A stretch of 64,000 nucleotides of DNA, from positions 682,001-746,000 of the forward strand of contig JAKMXF010000310.1 of the NCBI GenBank assembly GCA_024704765.1, read 5' to 3'. Below, in pieces: positions 46,650 to 59,731 of the stretch (position 1 is its first letter; each line of letters begins with the position of its first letter). The notes below the pieces were generated by a model that was given only the letters and a program-made list of their open reading frames with translations, ran no database searches and was not told the origin of the DNA. A program made the translations under genes and the position numbers. The DNA is from Oopsacas minuta (lineage: Eukaryota > Animalia > Porifera).

Positions 46650-47820
46650 GATTTTTCGAGTAGCTTTCTTGGCCATCTCTATCAATTCTTCAGAAATAAC
46701 ATCATGACTTAAGTAGCAAGCTGAATCGTGATTCATCTTTATATTGAGTAGATCACACGTCGTTGATGGGCTCAATAATGAACGAGAATCAGTCTCGATT
46801 TTTTCACAATACTGAATAAGCGTTCTGGGTTAAAATTAGCAATATAACCACGAATAAGTAACATTATATCTTCTTTAATGCTACCGATACGGCTAGTATG
46901 AGTTTGAAATATTATACGAAATTTGTTGAGTGGCTGAAGAGCAAAGTGTACAAATTTACCAATTAATTTTACCTCTATTTAATGAGTCAGTGACTCTTTT
47001 AACACGGTGGTTTTTCGGTTCTAGATCTATTTGCTTGTCAAAATATGCTCTCAAGGCTGGCCACTGTTCAACCAAGCGTTTGAGGAACCTAAGTAGACTC
47101 AACTACCTGGTTGTGCAGTGCTACGTGCTTCAAAACTCTAACTGGTTTGATTTCCTCAAACTCTGCTTGTGTCACTGAAAATTCTTCCCATCTCTTAGCA
47201 CTATATTTATAGTGATAAAAACATCAATAACTAAAGCATCGAAGATATAGGGATAGACTTTAGTGCAGCAGATACACACAAGTGAGCCAAGTCGCACAAA
47301 CGCCCGAGGCTGGAAACGCGTGGTTGCTTTTCTCGTATTCAACTGAGCACCGTTACGCGCTTCAACCATGACATTTGCGGTATCCTACGCAAATCCGATC
47401 AAAATTTCCCAAGGAAGCTTTCGAGATTTAGAGCTGTTGCAATATTACAAATATGCATTGCCATAAACCGTGTTACAGCTTGGTTGTTTGTATTGCACCA
47501 ATATCTCACGAGAATAGTAAAATATTTCATTTCGTTGCCTCCATCACAAAGGATCGAAAACGGTTCAGAGCGGCATTTGTCACTGACCATGCTGCTAAGG
47601 GTTGTGATAAGGCGTGGTGATAATAGCAGTAGTTTTGGTTCTGGCACATGAATAAGATTGAACAATATGGCTATCAGGAAACATAACATTAGTCAAATGA
47701 GATAAGTGGTCTTCGACCAGGAACGGTAAATTATGTTCAGCGACGAATAAGGAGAAATATATTTCTGCAGACATTACTTGTATGTTCTAGGGGTTCTAAT
47801 AGAAGGTTTTTCATCTACTT
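46650..47820 (-). mobile_element. hAT transposase relic, second family, no termini found
   Basis: FSILCDGGNE..KYFTILVRYW..VTRFMAMHICNIAT, then VRVLKH...LKRLVEQWPALRAYFD across frameshifts. Confidence 0.75.
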
Positions 47821-47889
47821 GACTTAGCAAACTTTCATGTTGAGTTCTCTTTAGGAAGGTGAGGGTCTATTTCATGTTGAGATTTGTAC

Positions 47890-48070
47890 TCTTAGACGTT
47901 AAGAGCAAGTCTCTACTTATATTTTAAGATTTCAACTATTTGTTTACTTATATTCATAAAAACAACAATAAAATTGCATATGAGAAACATGAAAATGCGA
48001 AATTCGGATCCAGCGTACTTGATTACCCCATATTTCTGTTGGAGAGCAAGTTCCAACGAATTCAAACACT
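47890..48070 (-). repeat. Helitron-family ~143-bp internal module copy
   Basis: Matches 20040-20250 (gagagcaagtc...gatttcaactatttgtttactttatattcataaaaacaacaataaa...gaaaatgcgaaattcgg). Further copies lie at ~26620-26720 and ~48380-48560. Confidence 0.8.
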
Positions 48071-48143
48071 TATCCAATCAGCCAAGTTCCGACACATCCC
48101 AACAATTTACAATAGTCTCCAACACCCCTTACAATGAACAAGT

Positions 48144-48358
48144 TGGAAACTATTGGAAACTGCTGGAAACTGTTGGAAATTGCTAGAAACTGCTACAAAC
48201 TCCTACAAACTGTTGGAAACTGCTAGAAACTGTTGGAAATTGCTAGAAACTGCTACAAACTCCTACAAACTGTTGGAAACTGCTAGAAACTGTTGGAAAT
48301 TGCTAGAAACTGCTAGAAACTGTTGGAAATAGCTGGAACCTGATAGAACCGATAGAAA
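48144..48358. repeat. 10-bp minisatellite with a 60-bp higher-order repeat
   Basis: Units (g/a)gaaactg(c/t)t and variants. The block ttggaaattgctagaaactgctacaaactcctacaaactgttggaaactgctagaaactg recurs at 60-bp spacing (lines 48181 and 48241 are identical). Confidence 0.9.
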
Positions 48359-48597
48359 AGGTGAACGAATTAGCCAAATCTCAAAATATACTTAAAGGCT
48401 TGCTCTAAACGGCTACCCATGGGTAACTAAGTACGCTGAATCCGAATTTCGTATTTTGAAGTTTTTCATATGGAAATTTATTGTGGCTTTATGAATATAA
48501 AATAAACAAATTTCAAAATTGCGGTAGCATCATACTTTCAACGACTATACTGAGGTAATCGAGTATGCTGTGCCCGAATATGGTATTGTAAACAACT

Positions 48598-49020
48598 TCT
48601 ATATTATTAAATCTCAATTGTTGTTTGTCTGTTGTTTGTCCGTTGATATGCAGATATATTGTTGTTTTCATGAATTGGCTTCTCTTAACGGCTCCTCAGG
48701 GGTAACACAATATGCTGAACCCGAATTTCGCATTTTCAAGTTTCTCATATGTACATTTATTGTTGTTTTTATCATTATAAAGTAAACATATTAGCAAATC
48801 TCAAAGTTTACTTAGATCCTTGCTCTCAACGGCTTCAAAGGGGATTGATCTTACAAAATTTTCAATTACATATTTACCATATACGTATATTTGTGAATTA
48901 CATTATCTTAAATATATCTATATTATAATACCCAAAGGGGCAGTCAATTCGAAGAATAGTGGATAGCTCGAGGCACAATGTGCCGAGTTCATTACAAAGC
49001 TACGAGCCAAAGGCTTCAAG
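48598..49020 (+). mobile_element. Helitron-like family A, long form
   Basis: TCTATATTATTAAATCTCAATTG 5' end, internal module, and the ctcgaggcacaatg...acgagccaaaggct 3' hairpin region. Confidence 0.65.
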
Positions 49021-49399
49021 TTTTGTAAGATACAATCGCATTATAATAACATCACCATTGCGTTAGTACTAAATAACCATAGATTACTATAATCAAAGAC
49101 TTTTCTTACCTCAGAGCCAGAACCTCATATTAAATTGTGAAATTTGGACTAGGGATTTAAACGGGGCCTGTAACGGTGCCTTTTCCCCAATTATGTGTAT
49201 TACACATTTGTATTACAACAGTTATCAATTATTATACACTAGAAAATTCAAGAATGTGCCAAAATATTGTCTAGCAAGCATTTATTTGGTAAAATATGTA
49301 ATTATTTAATAGCTTGTAATGGCTCGTTTAACATTAAATATTACATCTTTCATCTGTCTGAAACTGAATCTATGAAAATGGATAAACTTGTTAAGTATT

Positions 49400-49963
49400 T
49401 CTAAAATGTTGGTTGCTCCAGACAACCTGAGGAACTCTCTATATACGAAGCAAAAGTGACAACAACCAATGGTGCAGAAAGCTACCACGCGAAACTCAAT
49501 TATAAAGATATCTCATCCAAGAATTTGGAATTTATGACAACATTAAAGATATAATAGCTGACACTGATAATGAAATTGGGAGAGTAAGACTGAGAAATGG
49601 ATATCAAGGCCAAGGAAGAAGAAGAATATCATATTAGAAGAAAGCCGGGAAACCTGCAAGGAAAACTACAGAGTAGACCATACGCTCCTTGGCAGTATAT
49701 AGAAGCAATTAGCCATACGGTTAGTAGTATTGTGACAGCTGATACAGAATTTCGGACATTGAGTCGGAGTTAGAGAATGACGTTGCCGATGAAATTACAG
49801 AACATACTTGCGTGGTTTGACAGTTCACACAACAAATTGGTTATTTATGCCTTGCAGACACGCTAATAGTTGCTCGGCCTGCAGCCAAATAATAGTAGAC
49901 TTAGAACAACCATGCCCAGTTTGTCGAGCTCCAATTGAAAACAGACGTCAGATATTTATTTAA
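49400..49963 (+). mobile_element. Mutator/MULE transposase C-terminal relic ending in a RING-HC finger
   Basis: TTNGAESYHAKLN (TNNxxE catalytic Glu motif), ISHPRIWN, IIADTDNEIGRVRL, then CVV..MPCRHANSCSACSQIIVDLEQPCPVCRAPIENRRQIFI*. Frameshifted. Confidence 0.75.
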
Positions 49964-50914
49964 TTATCTATCCTTTGAACTATATTTTCTTTCAATCATA
50001 AATCTGAATAAATACTCTGAATCTTTCAGAGTGTAGCCAAAGTACCTTTTACAACTTCTAAAATTACAATATGTTCCGGCTGCACTCTATGTTAATTTTA
50101 ATATTATTTATTTAATGCGTCAGTTCGCTAAACGAGCATTTGACTAGTCAAGTCGCGATAAACTCCGCTGAAACTCTACTTCTATCACGAAATCAGTATG
50201 AACGTATTCGTTATTGAAGAGCTAGAAATGTTACTGTAGTACGTATGTACTTGTATTTCTACTAGGATCATATACATTTCTCAAATATTAGAGACTGCCA
50301 TTCATTACTTAGTAATAAAGTTTGAACAGAAAGTGGGATATTAGAGAAATCTTACAAAAAGAAATATAAGTACTACAGTTGCATAGTCTTGATAAATATA
50401 TTTGTAACTCCTCCCCACTGTAAGCAATGAGGAGTAATAGGCAAACTAGCTAGCACAAATGAGGCAACTATCCACATAGCCAATAGGTAACTTGAGAATT
50501 CAATAATTTTTCCTGCTAAGTGTCAATTCGATTCATAGACATCACAGACTGACTTTATAATTTAATCAAATGCAATCTCATTGCTCATTATTGAAATTTC
50601 GTCATATTTTTCTACCAATTTTCGCAATTGATTTATTTTCAATAGTTTAATAGAATTTGAATCCGTAGCTAGGATGTGAGATATTTACTTGTCATTTTGT
50701 CTATCAAACACTAAATCCCCTCAGAAACACAATTAACAAATTTAAGATAGTTATTCTGTATTTTACATAAAAAGTAAAAGTGTTAAAAAGTGTGAAATGT
50801 ATTTACAGAATAATACATTTACTATATTCAGTGTAGATATACATTAAAATTGACTTACTGAATAATAATAATAATACATTTATTAACAAACTCGATAGAC
50901 AGACTGAAAATCTA

Positions 50915-53900
50915 CTAAAGAGTAAGTTCTCCATCATAACTATCGGAAGGGATATTGGTCATACAGTACTGTGCCTGATTTGATATATTGGTGTCGTTAT
51001 CAGAATATAATCCAGTACTTAGGTCGCCTTCTGACGTCATATCAGAACTAATGTAGATAGGGACAGCTCCGTAGGGCGGTCTTTCAGAATCGTCTGTGGT
51101 TTCTGAATCCAGCACATCCGGCATTATATCAGCAGGGTCTATATAATTGAATAAAATGTTAATAAATATTTTCTAGATTAAATTATTTATACTCAAATAT
51201 ATTGACTTTTAATTAATTATTTACTGCCATATTTGATTTGCTGTCTCGAAGGTAATTACAATACTTACCGTATCTAGTGGTGGCCATCTGATCATCAGAC
51301 TCGTCAGTGCTGCTAACTCGGTTTGCATAACAATCAGAGTATCCGGCCTGAACAGTATTCATATTGTTATTGTTTTGATATGTGTGAGGGTTAGAAATGA
51401 CTCGTGTGTCATGGAAATAACCACTATTAGAAGGAATAGGTTAGATTAATAGAGAAATAATGCATGACGAATTGTACATTACATATTGTGCTTCAAATAG
51501 TTCCAGTAAAACTAAATTCAATTTGATCTACTGAATGAAACAAACCAATCCCAAGCCGATGAAACTATTAGAGTGGAACTTAGATAAGACATCAGAGAAT
51601 AAAATTAGTACCTATCATCCCATTTATCCGAATTGATATATTTATTAAACGACTTAGAATTCGAATTTTAGTTTGACTGAGTTTTACTGTACTTACTGTT
51701 TAGGATCAATAAGAGGTGCATTGCTGTCCTTTGATTCAATCCCTTGAGAAAGTTCTGAACTCGTACTAGTTGAGACAGCTTGTCTATGACCCTGTTGTTG
51801 ATAACGATATTGCGAAGTATCTAGCCAAGCTTCCGGATCTGAAAAAAGATAAAATATAATAATAAGTAAAAACGAACTGTGATTTTAGAATTTCAGAATA
51901 TTTGTATGCAAAATACAAGTCAGTGGAGTTTTAAGTTTTGAATAAATGTATACAATCTAATCACCAATCGTTACATCAATGATATGTAAAATGTAAACTA
52001 AAATTATTCAGGAAGAATAACATTTTCGTAATACGTACAAATATATTTTCATATTTCTATATTATTAAATATCAATTGTTGTTTGTTTGTTTGTTTGTCC
52101 GTTGTCAAGGAAAGGATTTGCGGTATGCAATTTTGAAATCGTCGCATAACTATGTATTTATCGTGTTTATCAAGAAAGTAAATAGAATTCAATAAAACTT
52201 CACTAAATATATCGCACATGCTAAATCCGATTTTCACACTTTTGGATAATCATATGTAAATTTATTGTTGTTTTTATTAATATAAAGTAAACAAATTATC
52301 CAAATCTCAAAATATACGTTGATACTTGTTCTCAACGACTACAAAGGGCGTTGATCTTACAAAATAATATGTATATTTAGAATAATTAAATTGTTCTAAA
52401 TATATAAATAATATAACATTTAAAGGGGCCGTCAATTTAGAGAATAATGGATAACTCGAGGCGCAATGCGCCGAGTTCATCGAGAAGCGACGTGCGTGTA
52501 TTTAATGTATCGATTATATTATAAAAGTTCTAAGCTAATCTGCTGTATATTAATTAGGTTTAATTAATATGTGAAATATAATCAATTAATTAGTTAGAAT
52601 CAAAAGATAAATCTTGCTAGATAAGCCCAGCTTTAACTATTAATATATATATATCACAACACAAATATTATCTAATGATTTAGTGTGCATCACCATTAAT
52701 TTTTCAGTAATAAGTGTATATTATGATTATCAGTACCATTTGTTGTTGGGGTTGAATAAGTTTTGATCAGTATTAGTGTAGGAGAGCAGGTTAACATAAT
52801 GTGCGTAGATATGTGGTATACCAGGTTTGAAATTTGCATAATACGATAAGGATACCATCTGCACTGCCAATACATGTGATGAGTGCATTAAGTAATTATA
52901 TGGCTAAACTGGCTCTTGTAACTGAAACTACATTGGGATTATTGTTATCAAAATGAACCTTTAGAAGTATTTTAAGTATTCGAACGGTCCAAAACTATTT
53001 TGAAAATATTTCTGAGATATCTAATACACATCAATGGGATGAACCATCAACCAGATATCAGAATTCTATTGCTAACATAATCCTTTGGAAGTATCCATTA
53101 TACCCAGCAGGTGCAGCAGCATCTTAATCTTATGTAAGATCTTAAATGCTCAAACAAGAAAACTCAAATACCTTAGTTATATTATTTTGATAAATTGCCT
53201 AACATCCAACCAGCTGTGATCTTTATAAGGCAGCAGGATAATTAGATTTTATCAGGATTAACATAGTTACACAGTAGAGATGATCAATGGTGCTATTATT
53301 TGTTGTCGTAAGGGAAGTTTGAATATACTTTAGATATAGTATGGAAGTCTCAACATCAGATTGTTCAATTTCCCGTTAGTTTATTAGACTACATGGATAT
53401 ACGTAGACAACTATTCTCATGACATTATAGTTAGTTACAAGTATTTATATATTAATTTATATAGAATAAACATACCGTTGTGACCGTTGTGTGCATCCCT
53501 ATTAGCGTTCTGCCATTGATTTCCTTGTTCCTCGTTAGAAATATCACTTGTGGTAAAAGCGCTCTCAGAGCTACTTCCCTTGAATGTCATTAGTTGCACG
53601 TTCCCGTTGAATGATACTTTCTTAGAATTATTCCCTTCTGAGAATTTCGTACTTGGCTTCAATATAGAGGATGGATTTATTGCGCTGGTACGTTTCTTTC
53701 TATGTTGAATTTGAGGTTGATACTTGATATTACCAACTCTACGTCTCACTGCGAATATTGTCAAACACACGATGGATACGATAACTATCAGGATAAGGAG
53801 GAGGAGGATAGATAGACCGACTCCAGCTATGACAGGAGCTAGAGATATCTCTCCGTCTGTTGGGTATGTACCATCAGGACGGTAATCTAACGTACATCTA

Positions 53901-56900
53901 GCTGCGGTCTCTTCTAAAGATAGCGATGGATCACTGACATATACAGTAATTTCATAAAATCCATCTGATATAGCAGATGGATTTTCTAGGACAATATGAC
54001 GCGTGATCTCATCAAAGATCAATGCCTTATCTAACTGAGAATTTCCATGGAAATCTAACCTAATATCTGCAATTATTTCAGAATCTTTATCACTGACTGG
54101 AACACCCCAAGTGTCATTCCCCATCCTTAGCGTGAATGTGTATGATGAATATTCAAAATATGGCCTGTTATCATTCACATCCAGAATATTGATGTTAAAG
54201 GCTTGTATCTCGGATTCAAGCGGCGGATCTCCATTGTCAGTTGCAACTAGTTTGAGACTGTAACTAGAGTTAGATTCTCTATCTAAGATGTCATTAGTCA
54301 CCAGCGACCATCCTTCATTAGAATACTCAACTATAAAGGGTACCATAGCTGGTTGAAGGGTAAAAGTTAACCGACTATTCTCACCAGAATCTACGTCTAC
54401 AACAGAGAAATGAAACACTATAAATCCGCTAGGAACATCTTCTGATATCATATAGTCCTGATCTATAGGTTCTACTTTGGGAGCATTATCATTAACATCT
54501 ATAACTTCTAGTGAAATATTAGCAATCGAATACTTGGTACCGTCAACGTTAGATGCCTAAATAGGGAATAGTAAATAACTATTAATATGTGATTATAACT
54601 ACAAAATGGTACAAGGAGGATCACATGTAACCAAAACAAATATACAGTAGAACTCGGATAAGACGGACCCCTTCTGGGAAACAAAATTGGTACATACTAT
54701 CCGAAATTCCGAATAGATATTGTATCTAAGTGAATAATGCATCTGATTAATGAGGGATTAATGTTACGATATAGGTTCACACTAGAGGAAAATTTGCATC
54801 TCTACTAGATGTAGTAATTATGGTATTGGTAAGTATTGGCAATAATTTATCTGAAATATTCCCTATCTAATTAGTAGAAAATTTAGCTGCTATATTCGGT
54901 TGTGAAAATTACAGTAAATAATGCGAACTTACATTAAGTTGGAAGAAATATTTCGTTTCATTAGAAGATAGCGACTCGAAGTCAAACTCTTTCAATAGTA
55001 CAAGAGAGTTGGTTACATAACTGAATGCGAAATATTCGTTAACAACTTCAATGCTAGGAATAGCCGTATCAGTATGAATACAGTATGTTATCTGTCCATC
55101 TTCACCAGCATCTTTATCAGTTGCAATAGCTTCAGTGCAGAAGCTTTTTCCTTCAGTGAGATCTTCCCTAACAGTGCAACTGTAAGTAGAATTTGAGAAT
55201 ACAGGCCAATACTCGTTCAAGGGAGTAATTGTTAGATTGAACTAAATGTAAGGTAATAGTAAGATATGAGAATATGATACTAGAAGAAAAGGTCTAATTA
55301 ATACAAGTACAGTATAACCCTGTTAGTAAGTACTCTTAGTTGATACATACATTTCTCCAAAACGGATTTCTAATCTTGTACTAATTGTATGGAAGAATAT
55401 TCGGATAAGACCTTCGGGTATTACGTAATAATATTTGTTTCCCGATACGTCCTATACGAGTCTTACTGTATGAATAATATTTGTAGAAACTACTCACCGC
55501 ATATGAGCCATTTCTAGGACTATTACCATTATCCTTGTAATAAAAGGTTATAGCAACTCCAGTAGCTAATTCATAATCTAGTGGCTGTTCTAATTTGAAG
55601 TTATATACACCAGGCGCTAATTCTTCTAGTTCAAAGTTTTGAGCGCAATTTGTGATATTTTCACAAGTAAAAGTCAGATTAACTATTCCATTAGCAGAAC
55701 TATCCAGGTCCATTGTTAATATACGGGCAATAGTCAATCCAATAGATTCTTCTTCGACTGATTCTGCTTCTATTGTTATTTGTATTTCAGGAGAATTGTC
55801 ATTGATGTCTATTATCTCTACCTTTAAATCCACACAATCAAATCTACAAGGTATATAATGATTATCTGAACTATTTAGAGTCATAACCAGCTCCAATTAG
55901 TTCTCCTCTGATAGGATCTTATATAGAATAATTAATATATTAATCTATAATATTGTATTCAGATTGTTGCTTTTTGTTCTATTTTGAATGTTGAATGTGT
56001 CGAGTGCTAAATCAAACTTAGCAGCTCTTTTATCGAATATGCGCAGAGTACAAATAAAAACATAACGTCCTTTCTACCTCAAAGCACGTAAATATTTAGA
56101 ATTTTCTAATATTCCAAAAACTGTGCTCTAGTAGAACTGAGCTCTCTCTATATTTTTTCTCATATTATATTACAACTCATTCGTAATATCAATGCTTAGA
56201 TTGTATCATACGATTTTCTGTTAATGAAGTGCAGATCATAGGAAAAATATTGATTTTGTTCGTGGAGGTAAGATTCAAAACTACAGTTTAATATATCCTT
56301 AAGTTCATTTGTTAACAGCTATGTATATTCCGTCATGATTGCACAATACAATATTGTAAAAGAGTATTTTGTTAACTAACTCATTTATTGATGAAAGAAT
56401 ATGGTATATCATGTTTCAACCCTTCCTTTGTATACCTGATAAGTTCGTTGTAATATTAATTCACTAATCTTTTGCTTATCGCAGAAATATTGGAATAAAC
56501 AAAATTAATTAAAATTATGCAAATTCATTGAACTATTTTGAGCGAAAATCAGTTAAATTGACTCATAACTAATATTGCAAATATTACGTATTTGATATTT
56601 TACAGTTAAGCATTTGAGATAAACTGACAAGATATCGAAATAGACAACCACCACAATAATCACAGATATAGAGTAAGTTACTATCTGCGAATTAATTATT
56701 TTCTTTTTGAAAAGTTAAGAAAGAAACATAACGACAAGCATGAGTAATATATTAACTAACCTGTTAGTATCTGTTGGGTCAATAGCTACTACTTGTATAT
56801 TGAGAGTTAGTATGTTAAGTATGTCAGCATCGATTGATTCCTTCAATGTAATATCTCCAGTATCAGGGTTGATAAGCAGTAGAGTGCTAATTGAATTGGT

Positions 56901-58207
56901 GGTGTAGACACAACTTGTGCTCAAATAGTAGTTTATCTGATTGTTGGGGTATACATCCATATCTTCAGCATACACATAGCCAAACTAATAATGATAATAA
57001 TTCTATAATTGTTATGCTTAATACGATTTTCACACTTTAGATTAATCATATCTAAATTAAATACTCGTTTATACGTATAATAAACTCAACAAAATATTAT
57101 AGTCCTAAATACGGTCCCAGGGCCTTCAATTTGAATGACATATTTGAACTCAAGAAGCAAAGAAATGAGCCAATGGCTTGTAAAATTCATATGGAAATTA
57201 TTATGATCTCTTTTGAATAGGAAATAACCCAATCAAAGAACCTATATTAAGGTACTATTATTGTATTTACCTTTGTTCCGGATAGTGCATCCTCTCGTAT
57301 TTTTATAATAATAGATAAGTTCTTTATTTCTGGTGAATTGTCGTTACTATCCATTATTTCCACTTTGAGCTGTGCGGTTGCAGTCAGAGTAGAATTTACC
57401 ACATCATTAGCTACCAGTGTAAGATTATAAGTATTTATTATCTCTCTGTCAAGCCGCTCAGCGTTCTGTATAAGATAAATTCCAAAGAGATTACTCTCCG
57501 TTATTAGATTAAAAACAGTTTGTTCTGTCAGGTTTGAGTCGAATAATTGGATCTCATATTCAGAATTGAGGCCTATATAATATTGAATAGAATCACGAAT
57601 ATAAAATCAGTAGCAAATTTTGCTGTTGTTTATTCACAGTAACATTTGTGTATATTATCTTAGTGAATATATTTTAATAAGGATGAAAGTTACCTGCATC
57701 ATTATCACTGACTATCGGTGTCTCTGCTATCTTCACTCTATACACATCTGATATATCAGTCTCAAACATAGAGATTGTGTATGTATCCTGTGAAAACACT
57801 GGTCCATTGTCGTTAACATCCCTGACGTGTAGTATGAAATCAAAGATGTCACAAATGCTTGATTCGCTATTACTCACTCCTGAAAAGAAACATCTCAGAT
57901 TATAGGTCTCCCTTTCTTCTCTATCCAGCTCCCCTGCTGCAGTAAGAACTATATTATTCGAAATCTGCAGGGGGAATAATGACGAACCTTCTGTGTTATG
58001 ACAGTCAAGCACTAAAGTAGAATCCATATCACAGGTTCCCAAATGTTTTTCTATGCAATCTGAAAAGTTATAGATTTCTGTATTTACTGGGACAGTTTCA
58101 TTCAAAGTTATTTCATCGAGGCATGACGAACAGTATGAATGTTTAAAATGTATATTTACAAATAGTATGCTTAATATAAACAATAAATTAAAATTTAATT
58201 GCATCAT
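50915..58207 (-). CDS. Protocadherin-like type I membrane protein, 9 exons, about 1098 aa
   Basis: Exons 57694-58207, 57271-57572, 56761-56984, 55498-55843, 54933-55241, 53476-54556, 51697-51838, 51269-51423 and 50915-51138, all GT-AG and phase-compatible. Signal peptide, six EC repeats (DxNDNxP, LDRE/LDYE) plus a degenerate seventh, one TM, and a low-complexity tail. Confidence 0.9.
51504..51689. mobile_element. Tigger-type MITE in protocadherin intron 7
   Basis: CAGTAAAACT inverted termini. TA at 51690-91 is present on one side only. Confidence 0.6.
52056..52495 (+). mobile_element. Helitron-like family A, long form with truncated 3' end
   Basis: TCTATATTATTAAATATCAATTG(TTTG)nTCCGTTG 5' end and ctcgaggcgcaatgcgccgagttcatcg 3' region. 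Colinear with 48598-49020. Confidence 0.65.
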
Positions 58208-59374
58208 AGTGAATACGCTATTAGGATTTGATTTATTTTATTGTAAAGATTCCATATTTATATTTGGGGCGGTGTTTTGATGATCACCATGGACCTTAGT
58301 TGTTTGTAATTGATATAGCAAAGTTGAATATTGAAATGTGAGCTAATATGTGATGCATAACAAAATGGAGAAATAGTTGTTAGTGTAACTGGCATCTTAA
58401 TTTGGTAAGATAATGCTAAACTTTGATATTCAGTGTACTATAGTGAGATTTGATATTATAGATAGACTCAATATACGATGTGGTAGGAATATGAAGAAAT
58501 ATTATCTATGCAATAGACTAATTAGTATTAATTAATATAATATTACCAAATATACAATAGTGACTTGAATTAGGGAATATATTGATTTTTAGGTTCTCAA
58601 TAAAGTAATGGAAATTTTTACTGCTTTTCGCAAGATTTATTATATTGAAATATTATTTATTTGTACTCAAAATATTATATAAAATATTTAGAGATTATTG
58701 CGAAGAATAATTACAAATCTTTATAATCATGATTTAATTACGCTCTAGATATTATTTTCTTTCTATTTTGCATTATTTGGACTGGTATGAAATAAATGGG
58801 ACTCCAGCCCAATTGTCTATTTATTACGATTTAACCGGATAACTTTAGCGGGCAGGGTATAAGGAATCTCCATGAATATACATTTTATTCCGATTAAATA
58901 GCATTTTCCTAAAGTTTCAACACTGCCCAATATTTCAGGAAAAATATCCTTTGGGCTTATACAATAGACAAAGACGTCTCCCGTAAATTCGAACTGTCAC
59001 TGCAGAGTGGTAGGAACGGGGGCGCACCCCATTTTTTTCAGAAATATTTGCTGTGTGTATCAATGAGGTGTTGTGCATTTGTGTACTACATATTTGCACT
59101 TGTTTGCATTGTATAGCCAGCCCTAGCCGTTCGATGTTTCGATTATTCACGGAAATATTCAGTCTCGTTTCGCCGTACGTGATGTATTGCCTCGATTATT
59201 CGCTGTTTTTGTCACGGGTTATGTCAGTTTGGTAGAAAATTTTATATTTTGTTGAATTACTATGGCGAAAATGTATTTTTTCTCGATAAACAGCCCACTT
59301 ACATTGGACATTTTATCTAATTCAACATATTTAGTGTTTTATGGTATTTAATCATGTGAAAACCATATATTAAA

Positions 59375-59456
59375 AAGTACTGTGCGCATGTCCGTTAAGT
59401 ACTGTGCGCATGTCCGTTAAGTACTGTGCGCATGTCCATTAAGTGCTGTGCGCATG
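59375..59456. repeat. 22-bp tandem array x3.7 (AAGTACTGTGCGCATGTCCGTT), putative subterminal or regulatory repeats
   Basis: Units start at 59375, 59397, 59419 and 59441. Each contains TGTGCGCATG. The array ends ~275 bp upstream of ATG 59732. Confidence 0.92.
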
Positions 59457-59547
59457 CATGTAAAAATATTTATTCAATTTGTTGTATGCATATATATTGT
59501 GAATGTAGGTCAGAAAAAGTAATATCACGAATTGTACGTATTCCGAT

Positions 59548-59650
59548 ATCAATAGAGTCTCGTTAATACGAACAGGGTTAAGGCGTAACTCCGGATAAGG
59601 AGTACGTATTTTGGCAGTCCCCTGTGTACGTATTAACGAGAGTCTACTAT
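59548..59650. mobile_element. Short internally deleted Tigger-like MITE or hairpin
   Basis: tctcgttaatacgaacaggg versus the reverse complement tctcgttaatacgtacacaggg. The right end reads (rc) tatagtagactctcgttaatacg. Confidence 0.55.
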
Positions 59651-59731
59651 AGTATTAGTACTCTGGTATAAGTCTCTGACTGTCTCATACAATAAGAAAT
59701 AATCAGTTTCATCCTTCTCACCCATTTAAAC

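Noticed and set aside
55381-55896. Stand-alone ORFs at 53435, 54909, 55381, 56715, 57674 and 50915
   Set aside because: These are exons of one cadherin gene. The listed ORF ends run into introns.
58860-59370. Left TIR of the KDZ-like element
   Set aside because: The right end is outside the window, so no inverted match or TSD can be verified.
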